Notes under the pieces: model-generated
The model's database searches: none
The model's input: the letters and a program-made list of their open reading frames with translations, nothing else
Told to the model about the DNA's origin: nothing
Program-made: the position numbers and the translations under genes
Sequence record: MK327931.1
DNA length: 64,000 nucleotides
Origin: Escherichia phage vB_EcoM_G17
Reading direction: 5' to 3' (one strand)
Part shown: positions 19,097 to 28,330 of the stretch, piece by piece
Position numbering within the stretch: position 1 is the stretch's first letter
How the letters are laid out: every line of letters begins with the position of its first letter

Positions 19097-19408
19097 TTAT
19101 AAATTCACCAACTTCACAACTTTAATCTCGATAAATCCCCTATCGGTTATTTCCTGAAATTGAACATGGATTATACCATTATATGATTGCACACCATAGA
19201 AATCGAATTTATCATTTCCATCGATAAAAGTACTGTAATTCTTTTTTATATATTCACCTACTGAATCTAAGTACTCAATATATAAATCAATAAATGGTTG
19301 TTCTTTGGATCGGTTATGTGAACCTATGTTGTTACTAACAAGGTATACATCATACAAATCATATAGGATCTTATAAGTGAATTGTATATCATTTAAATTT
19401 AATCCCAA
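19097..19408 (-). CDS. small protein, IQFTYK-type family
   Basis: 103 aa; 'LNDIQFTYKILYDLY'. Confidence 0.5.
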   Translation of the reverse strand: MGLNLNDIQFTYKILYDLYDVYLVSNNIGSHNRSKEQPFIDLYIEYLDSVGEYIKKNYSTFIDGNDKFDFYGVQSYNGIIHVQFQEITDRGFIEIKVVKLVNL

Positions 19409-19665
19409 GGGAATATCTCCAACGGAATACTGGTAAATCCAAAATCAGTGTAGTACTGAACCTCAACTTTACCATCACGTCTAATGATTATATCAGAAAA
19501 TTCTGCATGGTCATCACCAATAATAACAGTACTGAATTTTTTTTTAATCTTACCACGAATCGTATGAATCATTTCAGTGCATGTGTCTTCTAGACTAGGG
19601 CTATCATTGTCGTGTGCTAAATCTCGAATAATCTTGTATGTTAGTAGGAAATCTTTATAATTCAT
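19399..19665 (-). CDS. small protein, IQFTYK-type family
   Basis: 88 aa; 'KDFLLTYKIIRDL'. Confidence 0.5.
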   Translation of the reverse strand: MNYKDFLLTYKIIRDLAHDNDSPSLEDTCTEMIHTIRGKIKKKFSTVIIGDDHAEFSDIIIRRDGKVEVQYYTDFGFTSIPLEIFPWD

Positions 19666-19937
19666 ATGTCCACCAAATCTATACTATATCTTTCATTAGT
19701 ATTACTATCTATAAATGATAGTACTAATTTACCACCAAAACTATTAACTTGTTCTATCTTCTGTTTTTTACCACGAATGATTATCTCACTATTAACAAAA
19801 TATTCACGTATCATTATTAAGTGATTAATCCAGATAGTATGAGTGAATGTGTTTTCTCGTATTGTATTGAGATATCTTCCATTGTGATGTAAATCAAACA
19901 AAACACTGTATGTATATTGTAGAACTTTATAATTCAT
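19662..19937 (-). CDS. small protein, IQFTYK-type family
   Basis: 91 aa; 'KVLQYTYSVLFDL'. Confidence 0.5.
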   Translation of the reverse strand: MNYKVLQYTYSVLFDLHHNGRYLNTIRENTFTHTIWINHLIMIREYFVNSEIIIRGKKQKIEQVNSFGGKLVLSFIDSNTNERYSIDLVDI

Positions 19938-19949
19938 ATATCCCCTTAC

Positions 19950-19978
19950 AAAAATAGCCCGAACTTATGTCGGGCTAT
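19950..19978 (-). terminator. rho-independent terminator
   Basis: Stem AGCCCGA / TCGGGCT (19956-19962 / 19970-19976); T-run follows on minus strand (plus 19950-19955 A-run). Confidence 0.55.
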
Positions 19979-19983
19979 GTACA

Positions 19984-20670
19984 TTATTCATCGTCGTCAT
20001 CGTCATCTAGATCGATATAGATACTATCATCACCATCATCAAAGTACTCCACAATAACTCCTGGAATATTAAGGGCAGTAAACATTGCATCATATTTCTC
20101 ATCAGATGGAATCAAAACAAATTCGTCAATGTTTTGAACTTCTGGCATTTTATCTTCGGGGATACCCATATCAACAAGTGACTGAATAATCTTTTCTTTG
20201 AATTCTAAAAACTTCTCTTCAGATTCAAAATCCATAATAAGCTGTGCAACATATCCTTCATCGTTACCGAATGAAATTGACATTTGTGCATCAGTACCGA
20301 CATAGCACCAAACACGTTTACCTGTGTGCTGCTCAATAAAGTTTTGAATCTGTAACACAATGTCATGGCGAGAACTGTTAGCAATGTTGTTAAGATTTTC
20401 TACACCAGCATTAATTCCAGTACTGTCATTTGTTTCTTCAAATTCACCATAATCACCCAATACATACTGTACACCTTCATGATGTAATGCATATGCATAG
20501 TCAAGGTCAGCGAGTGAATCGCACTTTCCACGGATCGGACGTAGGGAAAGACCTAAGCGAAGATAACGGAAGTATGTATTAGTATTTGTATTTGTCAACG
20601 TAATGCTCCTTAACAATATAAAAGTAGTTGCTGTTATTGTCAAAAAAGATAACCATCCCTTTATAGACAT
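19984..20670 (-). CDS. hypothetical acidic protein
   Basis: ORF with poly-Asp/Glu C-terminus 'DLDDDDDDE'; start uncertain (overlaps upstream ORF, no early Met after the first). Confidence 0.45.
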   Translation of the reverse strand: MSIKGWLSFLTITATTFILLRSITLTNTNTNTYFRYLRLGLSLRPIRGKCDSLADLDYAYALHHEGVQYVLGDYGEFEETNDSTGINAGVENLNNIANSSRHDIVLQIQNFIEQHTGKRVWCYVGTDAQMSISFGNDEGYVAQLIMDFESEEKFLEFKEKIIQSLVDMGIPEDKMPEVQNIDEFVLIPSDEKYDAMFTALNIPGVIVEYFDDGDDSIYIDLDDDDDDE

Positions 20671-20878
20671 TTACACCAATTTTGATTTCACATATGTTAT
20701 TTGATTTACTCGCTTCAGTCAATAACATTTTGTGCTCTTTACTGAAAGTGTGGAACAGTGGTTTGACATGCCACATTTCGATACCATCCAGTACTGAAAA
20801 TTTTTCACTAAATTTAATCATTGATTCTTGTAAAAAATATCCTGTAAGATTTATTTCATCACACATGCAAGTTTCCAA
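20579..20878 (-). CDS. hypothetical protein (99 aa)
   Basis: Minus-strand ORF. Confidence 0.4.
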   Translation of the reverse strand: METCMCDEINLTGYFLQESMIKFSEKFSVLDGIEMWHVKPLFHTFSKEHKMLLTEASKSNNICEIKIGVNVYKGMVIFFDNNSNYFYIVKEHYVDKYKY

Positions 20879-21152
20879 GAAAATTAATCACATCTGCATG
20901 TGATAATGTATCATTACCTTCTAGTACATTAATGATAAACGGCACTTGACGATATAGTTCAGCCAGGAATTGTACCTCATCAGATGTGTAAGAATATCCC
21001 ATAGGAACAACCTGTGCAGTCCAGTTTCCTAGAGTTTTGTTAGCAATAATTGCAACTACAGTATTACCTTTGTATTCAACATGGATGGAACGAAATCCTG
21101 ATTGCTCATTTTGATCCCAAAGTACTGGATTGGTTTTGAACAGTACTGACAT
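20859..21152 (-). CDS. hypothetical protein (97 aa)
   Basis: Minus-strand ORF directly downstream of the NMNAT-like gene. Confidence 0.45.
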   Translation of the reverse strand: MSVLFKTNPVLWDQNEQSGFRSIHVEYKGNTVVAIIANKTLGNWTAQVVPMGYSYTSDEVQFLAELYRQVPFIINVLEGNDTLSHADVINFLGNLHV

Positions 21153-21154
21153 AA

Positions 21155-21688
21155 TTATTTCCTCATGTATTTTATAACGTCTTCAAATAATTGTATTTTT
21201 AAGTCCTCGTCATTTCCAGGTAAAAACTCACGAAAACTATCAAAATCTTCATTTTTTGCGAAGTTACGCATTTGTGTTGAGCTATATTGACTTACATTAC
21301 GGTCAATACCTGCCTGAATTGCTTTTATACTACAAAAATTATACAACTTACCATTGTACATGTCAAGAGTTTTTTGAAAAGAATCAATACGGTCAGAACC
21401 ACAAATGAAAAGAACATCTAAGTACTTTCCATCCAGTTCTCTCATTATATCAAATAGATTGTCTTCTGTGTAGATGTTCTCTTGCACTGAAGGATAGAAT
21501 CCCTCTGTATAATACATTTTTAGTTCAGGTGGGAGTGGGTTTTTTATATTGTCAGTACTGGTGCTTAGATATATTTTTAAATCAGCATTGTACTGTTCTT
21601 GTAATGTTTTGGCCTTTTCAAAAACTAAACCATGTCCACGATGTACAGGATTAATACGACCAAACGTTAATACACATGTTTCTTTCAT
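21155..21688 (-). CDS. NMN/NaMN adenylyltransferase-like nucleotidyltransferase
   Basis: 177 aa; 'GRINPVHRGH' matches the GRFxPxHxGH signature; 'SSTQMR' matches SxTxxR. Confidence 0.65.
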   Translation of the reverse strand: MKETCVLTFGRINPVHRGHGLVFEKAKTLQEQYNADLKIYLSTSTDNIKNPLPPELKMYYTEGFYPSVQENIYTEDNLFDIMRELDGKYLDVLFICGSDRIDSFQKTLDMYNGKLYNFCSIKAIQAGIDRNVSQYSSTQMRNFAKNEDFDSFREFLPGNDEDLKIQLFEDVIKYMRK

Positions 21689-22206
21689 AAATTCTTCATC
21701 ACCAATCCGAGAGATTTAAGATAATTAATTTTAGCAGTGGTTAAGTACTTATCCAGTACTATCAGACACGAAGGAAATGGTGCTGAATCTGTTTTCTTAT
21801 CGGGTTCTTCTGGTATACCAAATCGTAATCTTCCCTTAATAAAACAAATACAATCACATATTTTAGCAGCATAATCCTGAAAAGCAATTGTGTCGGTTCT
21901 TGAGGGTACAAGAATAACTACAGTTGCCCCGTTATTATATGCATCTACTGCTTTAGATAACCAAGTTTTCAAATCACTGTATGGTGGATTCAACCAAACT
22001 ATATTATTTCCCCAATCCTGTGATAGTGAATCATCTTCTGGAGTGAAAAAATTATCACACAATGCAGTCTCATCAACACAAGCAGCATCAAGTGTAAATC
22101 CCCATAACTCATCCAAATCTTCAAAGAAATCTTTGGGAGTTGTCCAGTTATCTTTTCCAGTACTGAAATGTACTGAATGTTTTTTCGAAGCATCCTTCTT
22201 CGACAT
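21685..22206 (-). CDS. DNA N6-adenine methyltransferase (small phage Dam-like, NPPY motif)
   Basis: 173 aa; catalytic 'NPPY' in 'IVWLNPPYSD'; 4-nt ATGA overlap with the NMNAT-like gene. Target sequence unknown. Confidence 0.65.
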   Translation of the reverse strand: MSKKDASKKHSVHFSTGKDNWTTPKDFFEDLDELWGFTLDAACVDETALCDNFFTPEDDSLSQDWGNNIVWLNPPYSDLKTWLSKAVDAYNNGATVVILVPSRTDTIAFQDYAAKICDCICFIKGRLRFGIPEEPDKKTDSAPFPSCLIVLDKYLTTAKINYLKSLGLVMKNL

Positions 22207-22222
22207 TATATAATTCCTTTTG

Positions 22223-22843
22223 TTAGAGACAGTTGTGTACTATCTTATCAAAAGTACTACTGTCAATGTTATATTCATATAAAAATTTAAAATGTGAACC
22301 GTAACGCATCATCAGATTAAACTCTTCTTCAGTATTGAACTTGTAATCATGAATAGTCTCAGGGGTACATTTTAAACCCAAGAACTCTATAATTTCAGAT
22401 GTTACATCATATCCTGAATTGAAGTATTTAACCCAAACACATTTTCCTTGTGGGTTGTATTTTCTATATTCTCCTTCTAGTTCTCCTTTAATAATATGAG
22501 CCTTAACACTTATTGAATTATTACTATATCTTTCTTCAAAATAATTACCATACTGGGCTTTTGATATTGTTGGTTTTTGAGTAGGAAGTAATTTAACTGA
22601 AGTTACTTCAATTCCATTTTGTAATTCCTTTATATAAGAAATGCATCCTTTTTCTTTAATAACCACATATCCAGTAAAGATATCTTCGTCTTGTGATTGA
22701 TTAATGCAATCATCAAAATTCAAAGTTTTATAAGTAACAGTTTTTTCTTTTCTAATAAATGCCATCATTATTCCTATGGAAACATCAATGAATATACGTG
22801 ACGTTGATTGCATCAACATCAGTAGAATTATCATGCTACGCAT
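22223..22843 (-). CDS. hypothetical protein (206 aa)
   Basis: Minus-strand ORF; no motif recognised. Confidence 0.45.
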   Translation of the reverse strand: MRSMIILLMLMQSTSRIFIDVSIGIMMAFIRKEKTVTYKTLNFDDCINQSQDEDIFTGYVVIKEKGCISYIKELQNGIEVTSVKLLPTQKPTISKAQYGNYFEERYSNNSISVKAHIIKGELEGEYRKYNPQGKCVWVKYFNSGYDVTSEIIEFLGLKCTPETIHDYKFNTEEEFNLMMRYGSHFKFLYEYNIDSSTFDKIVHNCL

Positions 22844-23448
22844 GTCTAATTCTACACAAGTACTATTTTCTTTTAATTAATATTGACGGGGTTTGCTTGA
22901 GCATATTTCATCCCCCCGCAGGGGAAAGAACAAAAAAATTTGACGCTGGTGGCCTTCACATAGTTCATATCACGAATTCTCTTACGAGACGAAAGCGGGT
23001 TGCTCTGTTTCTCTCTATCGCGGTTCTTGTAGCAACGGTCGTCGGTCTTAAACATCCCGACACATAATACAAATACCATATGACCAGTACTTGTATTTGA
23101 TTTCACAAAATTTGGACGCAACTATATTGTATAATTCCGACCGCATATTTCTTATGAAATCTCCCTTAGATAATTGGTAAGGTGCGATCCTTATATGTCT
23201 ATCGAGGAACTCTCTTTATCCTATTGGAGTTCTTTATACAGCCGCATTGCCGTGAGTGGTTCAAACTATGCCATCATCTAACGGGTTTCATCTGCTGTTC
23301 GTACTGAAAGGACTACTCATCTACCCTCTACATTTTCGAGTGGATTAGGCTTTTAATCATTTCCTTATGGGAACCTTTCAGGATTAAAAAAAGGTGACTA
23401 ACATATTATGTTGTCACCTTATATTATATCATTAACTTATCATTTGTC
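22844..23448. other. ~600-bp non-coding island with locally elevated G+C
   Basis: No convincing ORF; G/C-rich tracts ('CATCCCCCCGCAGGGG', 'GCGGGTTGCTCTG', 'CGGTCGTCGG') in an otherwise AT-rich genome; local hairpins. Confidence 0.4.
23384..23422 (-). terminator. rho-independent terminator downstream of gene 23449..24303
   Basis: Stem AAGGTGAC / GTCACCTT (23391-23398 / 23413-23420); T-run follows on minus strand (plus 23386-23392 A7). Confidence 0.6.
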
Positions 23449-24303
23449 TCAGTTATATTCGGTTTTTTCTGTGAAATTTGTTAGTATATCAACACTAAAA
23501 CTTCGAATAACCTCAATCCTGCTTGGCATGAAACGATGTTTATTTTTAATATACAACTCATCATCTTCAATAAAAGACGTAAAAATAAATGTCATATCTT
23601 CACGTGGAATTTGTAAAATATCACACATTTCATTTGCCGATGCTACTGGTGAATCGTTGTAGTACTGAGAGTATGCACTAGATTGGCGACCGATTATAAT
23701 AGAATTTCTGATTAGAAAATTACTACAGTACTGAAAATCTTTGTAGTACTTTTCAATAATGTAAGGCATAAGTGCTTCTTTCACGTCTTCATAACCATTA
23801 GTACTATCAATTGCTATACAGTAATCTTCACGTTCTTTTTTCTCATGATGGTAATCATAAACATACTCAAAGAATGAATTTTTATTTAATGAATCATTTA
23901 AACCAACTGACCCACTATAGTATGATTTTCTATCATTCATTCGATCATCTGGGCATGATGCATACATAGAAGTGTCATGTGATGATGTACCAATATAAAT
24001 TTTCTTAGTAATATGATTATACGCTATGTAATCATAATCTTGAACTCCAGTCAGCATTAACTGGAACATTAAATCATCAGGAACATCAATTAACGGGTAC
24101 TCAAACTTCGAATATCTACTGCGGCAGAAGTTCTTTTCAAATGCTCGGTATGCGATAAAATCTTTTAGATTTTTACAAGATTCATGTTCATGAGCACTAC
24201 TGCTACGTACATTGACATTAGTCGATGTGCAATATCCATCCGAATCTTCGGTGAAGTTACCAGCATAATCCTTATTGTAGTCAACGATTAGATAAAGTTT
24301 CAT
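23449..24303 (-). CDS. hypothetical protein (284 aa)
   Basis: Minus-strand ORF bounded by terminators on both sides. Confidence 0.55.
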   Translation of the reverse strand: MKLYLIVDYNKDYAGNFTEDSDGYCTSTNVNVRSSSAHEHESCKNLKDFIAYRAFEKNFCRSRYSKFEYPLIDVPDDLMFQLMLTGVQDYDYIAYNHITKKIYIGTSSHDTSMYASCPDDRMNDRKSYYSGSVGLNDSLNKNSFFEYVYDYHHEKKEREDYCIAIDSTNGYEDVKEALMPYIIEKYYKDFQYCSNFLIRNSIIIGRQSSAYSQYYNDSPVASANEMCDILQIPREDMTFIFTSFIEDDELYIKNKHRFMPSRIEVIRSFSVDILTNFTEKTEYN

Positions 24304-24313
24304 ACATCTCCAG

Positions 24314-24348
24314 ACAAAAAAAAGGACGAGATAACAAATCCCGTCCTT
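24314..24348 (-). terminator. rho-independent terminator
   Basis: Stem GGACG / CGTCC (24324-24328 / 24342-24346); T8 run follows on minus strand (plus 24316-24323 A8). Confidence 0.6.
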
Positions 24349-24355
24349 TGGTTTA

Positions 24356-24661
24356 TTAGTGACTTGCCCAGCAGTAAACAGGACGTAGATTTTCCATTGG
24401 ATTTACTTCAGGCTTCAGTACTGTTACACGTACTTCATATGGAGTTCCATCTGCGTGATGGAATGTTTCATAATGAATACTTTCAATAAATGTTTCGTAT
24501 TCTTCTTGTGAACGTGAACGTACTGATGATGAATATTTCTTTTTAGAATCTGCTTTAAGTGTAACACTAACTAGTTCTGATTCCTCACCTTCTTCAAGTT
24601 TGTTGAAATCGAACTCTGGTACACCTTCAAACATATCAAATTTCATTCCATTGTCTTCCAT
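24356..24661 (-). CDS. hypothetical protein (101 aa)
   Basis: Minus-strand ORF. Confidence 0.5.
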   Translation of the reverse strand: MEDNGMKFDMFEGVPEFDFNKLEEGEESELVSVTLKADSKKKYSSSVRSRSQEEYETFIESIHYETFHHADGTPYEVRVTVLKPEVNPMENLRPVYCWASH

Positions 24662-24710
24662 TTTTAAATTCCTTTTATATAATGTTAATTAGATATTTTT
24701 AATAAGCAGA

Positions 24711-25097
24711 TTAGATTGTGTCATACTGTAGTGTTCCGTGACGGAATTTTTCAAGTCGTGCTAGAACTTCTTTTCGTTCAACAATTTCTGGAACATCTTC
24801 TTGTAGTTGATCACAAACTTCAACAATGAAGTCCCAATCACTCTCACAACTTTGTCGTACCGCCTCAATTGTTTTCCAATCAGTACTGATATCACCATCA
24901 GCATTTTGATATACAGGCCAAACTTTTCCATAATCAGCAATGGATTTGTCATTTAGAATACGAATGGCATTGAAAATCTGACCAGTACTGAAGTGTTTTG
25001 TATTCTTCATATCTTCTAAACAGCATAGCTTTGGCTCACCTTTTACTTCAATGAGTAAAACACCACCAATTGCTTTTAGGACTGAACTTGTATTCAT
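24711..25097 (-). CDS. hypothetical protein (128 aa)
   Basis: Minus-strand ORF. Confidence 0.5.
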   Translation of the reverse strand: MNTSSVLKAIGGVLLIEVKGEPKLCCLEDMKNTKHFSTGQIFNAIRILNDKSIADYGKVWPVYQNADGDISTDWKTIEAVRQSCESDWDFIVEVCDQLQEDVPEIVERKEVLARLEKFRHGTLQYDTI

Positions 25098-25169
25098 CTA
25101 TATCTCCGTTATCAAAAAAAAGATGTGAACATTATATCACAAGAATCTAATATGTTCACATTATTTTCA

Positions 25170-25463
25170 TTAGATTTTAATAATATTGTACCAGTTATCA
25201 AAATCCTCAATTGCTAGAATGAACATATTTTCATCATTGAAATCTAAAATATGTTCATTGTATAGGTAACTAATGTACTTGTTTTTGCATAGTCTAGCAT
25301 TCATTAGTAACATTTCTACTGCACGTTCATAAGAACAAGGAACAAGGTATAACTTAGTACCATCTTGGTGAATAATTTCCTCAGCACCATGTGGTATAAA
25401 ACGTTCTGCTGTATGTGGAATATACGGCTTAGTTTTAAAAATAATTTTGAATTTAGTATCCAT
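25170..25463 (-). CDS. hypothetical protein (97 aa)
   Basis: Minus-strand ORF. Confidence 0.45.
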   Translation of the reverse strand: MDTKFKIIFKTKPYIPHTAERFIPHGAEEIIHQDGTKLYLVPCSYERAVEMLLMNARLCKNKYISYLYNEHILDFNDENMFILAIEDFDNWYNIIKI

Positions 25464-25479
25464 ACCAAATCCTCCAGAT

Positions 25480-26334
25480 TTATAATGTTTCTTTTATGTT
25501 ATGTAACATAGTATTAACTATGCACATCTTACCACCTAACTTGTAGTAATATTCTAACTTATTAATAATATTACTTTTTAATATATCAAATATTTGATAT
25601 TCATTTGGATCGAAACTAAGTTCGAATTGGAATGTATATAAATTGTTAAAGAGGTGAACTAATGATGCATCTGGTGATTCCATTGTAACTGTATATTTTT
25701 CACGATAACCAGTACTAATCACTACTTCGGATATATCACCTTTCATGTATATGTCAATATTGTACATCATTGGTCTGCCTGTGGCAATATCTTTCATGCG
25801 AAAGAATGCAGTACTACGATATACAATGCCTTCTGAAACCTGTTCTTGTATAGTGATATTTGAAACTTCACTCTCTTGGAATTTGGACTCGAATGAATGA
25901 GTGTAATTTGTTTTTTCATTATCCGTGTGCATAGTACATGTGTATTTTCCAAAATCATCTCTAGATGTATATGATTTATCACTGCTAGTTTTATAGAACG
26001 AAACACCATTAATATGTTGTTCTTTATACATCATCGTGTCATGGGATTTGTAGTATGAACAATTAGGTGTTGAAAGAGATTCAAACTTGTTCACGTCATG
26101 ACAGTAAGAAATAGAAGAATCGCTATACATTACTACATCACGAATTGCAACTTCTTTTGTAAAACCTTTTTTGACGGAAATTTGAAAGTCATTGTATGGG
26201 AAGATTGTATATCCATCGTATGCATCTGATGTACTGATACCAAATGGTGTAGTAGAATTCAGAAATTCGTTGATATGTTCAAGTACTGAATACTTTTTAA
26301 AATTAAGAAAATCTGAAATATCTAACATATACAA
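25480..26334 (-). CDS. hypothetical protein (284 aa)
   Basis: Minus-strand ORF. Confidence 0.5.
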   Translation of the reverse strand: MYMLDISDFLNFKKYSVLEHINEFLNSTTPFGISTSDAYDGYTIFPYNDFQISVKKGFTKEVAIRDVVMYSDSSISYCHDVNKFESLSTPNCSYYKSHDTMMYKEQHINGVSFYKTSSDKSYTSRDDFGKYTCTMHTDNEKTNYTHSFESKFQESEVSNITIQEQVSEGIVYRSTAFFRMKDIATGRPMMYNIDIYMKGDISEVVISTGYREKYTVTMESPDASLVHLFNNLYTFQFELSFDPNEYQIFDILKSNIINKLEYYYKLGGKMCIVNTMLHNIKETL

Positions 26335-26349
26335 TCCTCATAAATTTAG

Positions 26350-26381
26350 ACAAAAAATTAGTCGAGAATAAATCTCGACTT
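26350..26381 (-). terminator. rho-independent terminator
   Basis: Stem AGTCGAGA / TCTCGACT (26360-26367 / 26373-26380), 5-nt loop; T-run follows on minus strand (plus 26352-26357). Confidence 0.55.
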
Positions 26382-26491
26382 GTGTTTTACTTTACCATTT
26401 TTCATTTCTTTTTTACGATCCACATGTGTCTGAGGCTTGTTAAACTCATTCATGTGTTTCTGTACGAAATTGTTTACTTTCTTAGCCATAC

Positions 26492-26965
26492 TTACTCCAA
26501 ACTGGGATCTTTAACTGTTAGACTTTCTATGTCACTCGCATAAAGAACTACATTGGATTGATTTTCAGACACTTTAAAGTCGTGATAACTGTCTTTGACG
26601 ATAAAATTATCTAATATAAACCCTTTACTACAGCACATCATAATTTTATCATCTTTGATTGTGTAGGTGTTTTTCTTTTTACGTACTTCAGATTGTGGCG
26701 TAATACTATCGTTATTACGAATAACACAATCAATATATTGTTCATTTGTACTCATAGGCATACCCATGATAAACGAGTTTTCAGTACTGATTGTTAGTAT
26801 AAAAACGTTAGTATTTGGGTTGTGAAAAAAATCATGCATTGTCTTGCTACACAAAAATAGACATTGAATAATGTCCTTCACATTAAACATTATATCATGA
26901 ACTTTGAATGCGTCCAACTCTAAAATGTCATCAATTTTCCCATTTTCAACAGTTTTAATCTCCAT
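26492..26965 (-). CDS. hypothetical protein (157 aa)
   Basis: Minus-strand ORF. Confidence 0.5.
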   Translation of the reverse strand: MEIKTVENGKIDDILELDAFKVHDIMFNVKDIIQCLFLCSKTMHDFFHNPNTNVFILTISTENSFIMGMPMSTNEQYIDCVIRNNDSITPQSEVRKKKNTYTIKDDKIMMCCSKGFILDNFIVKDSYHDFKVSENQSNVVLYASDIESLTVKDPSLE

Positions 26966-27007
26966 GATCTATCCTTGATCTTCTAATGCACTCCATGTGC
27001 GTTTTTA

Positions 27008-27505
27008 TTAAGTCACTGCATTATACTTCTCTATAGCATTAGTAATATTTAATATAGCTTCAGGAACCATTTCTTTATTGTATTCACGTTTTAAATTTTC
27101 CATTTTCTTAATAATTTCCAAGAAAAATGGCAAAATACATGAAGTATCTGTAAAATTACATGAGTACAAAGTACTCATTTGAAATAATTCACCTGAATCA
27201 ATATTAAGAGATTTGTATTCCTTAACAATGTTTTCGTTTGTATTGAAAATATGAAATACTGTTCCCATGTGATGAAGATATACACCATTCTCATTTTGAA
27301 TATGGCATGGTGTGATTACAATAGCAGTGTTGTCAATATTATTTACTATTGATAAACGTAGACTATGTAAACCTAAAATAACAGTACAATCACTTGAACT
27401 GCTTTGAATTTGGTCAGCAGTTTGTGTAACACTTGTAATATTTTCCCCATCAAGACAACTCTTGATTTTATCAAATGAATTTTTCATTGATTTAGTTAGA
27501 TACAT
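27008..27505 (-). CDS. FQxS-family paralogue
   Basis: 165 aa; motif 'SGELFQMSTLY'. Confidence 0.55.
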   Translation of the reverse strand: MYLTKSMKNSFDKIKSCLDGENITSVTQTADQIQSSSSDCTVILGLHSLRLSIVNNIDNTAIVITPCHIQNENGVYLHHMGTVFHIFNTNENIVKEYKSLNIDSGELFQMSTLYSCNFTDTSCILPFFLEIIKKMENLKREYNKEMVPEAILNITNAIEKYNAVT

Positions 27506-27909
27506 TTATGAACACCTTCGAAATATTTGATTAATGATTTTATCATATCGCTACTAATGCCATGTAAGTCAACACCTAAACACTCGTATTGAAAAAAATC
27601 AATATCCTCCAGTGTGTTTAGATCAATTTCCACCTTATCATGACCCAACGAATTCATAATAACGTTTTTATCATTAATTGTCAAGAAAGTTTTTTTATCT
27701 GAACCTAAAAAGATTTTTACATGTTTTTTTGGCATTACATCATAAGATAAAGATTGTGAACCATAAATGTATATGCCTTCCATTGAACCAATATCTATAA
27801 AATATAGACGAATCCCTTTGTGGTATTTTGACTCCTTAGTGATCGCCTCTATTAGTTCATCTGTGGTTGTTAACCTTGTTTCTTTCTTCTCTAAATTGCT
27901 CAAATGCAT
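27496..27909 (-). CDS. hypothetical protein, possible divergent FQxS-family member
   Basis: 137 aa; 'DIDFFQYECLG'. Confidence 0.45.
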   Translation of the reverse strand: MHLSNLEKKETRLTTTDELIEAITKESKYHKGIRLYFIDIGSMEGIYIYGSQSLSYDVMPKKHVKIFLGSDKKTFLTINDKNVIMNSLGHDKVEIDLNTLEDIDFFQYECLGVDLHGISSDMIKSLIKYFEGVHKCI

Positions 27910-28330
27910 AAAATAATACCTTGATCATTTGTAATGTTTCTGACATTACATCAGCAGAAAATTGAACATCAGTGTATTTTACCATAGTACTTTGAGTAAA
28001 GAAAGTAGCTTCAATATCTTCAAGGTCAAATGGTTCATCAAATAAATTAGTACTGAACATATCAGTTTTTTTCTTATAAGTCAACATAAACTTAGCACTG
28101 TATCTCAATACAATTTCATCTTTACTTACTAAAATTCGTGCAATGTTCTGTCTACCCAGTGTTGTAATGTTAACATTAAACGTATTCTTTCGTGCCTCAA
28201 CAATATCAACGAAATAACCATCACCTTGGTAAACGTTATGACGAACTTCTAATCCTTGTTGAACTGTATTGAACAGTGCGTCCTGGATAAAATAATTTGC
28301 AGTATCGATGTTTCCTAAAATATCTAACAT
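27857..28330 (-). CDS. FQxS-family paralogue (divergent)
   Basis: 157 aa; 'EATFFTQSTMV'. Confidence 0.5.
   Translation of the reverse strand: MLDILGNIDTANYFIQDALFNTVQQGLEVRHNVYQGDGYFVDIVEARKNTFNVNITTLGRQNIARILVSKDEIVLRYSAKFMLTYKKKTDMFSTNLFDEPFDLEDIEATFFTQSTMVKYTDVQFSADVMSETLQMIKVLFYAFEQFREERNKVNNHR

Noticed and set aside
22951-22958. Single E. coli Chi octamer GCTGGTGG.
   Set aside because: One occurrence in 64 kb is compatible with chance and gives no basis for a functional call.
22873-23121. 82-aa minus-strand ORF inside the G+C-rich island.
   Set aside because: No RBS context or family support, and it sits in sequence whose composition differs from all neighbouring genes; more likely non-coding.
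22844-23448. tRNA gene(s) in the non-coding island, as T4-like phages often carry tRNA clusters.
   Set aside because: I could not fold any segment on either strand into a cloverleaf with a canonical T-loop and 7-bp acceptor stem. A computational scan should still be run.
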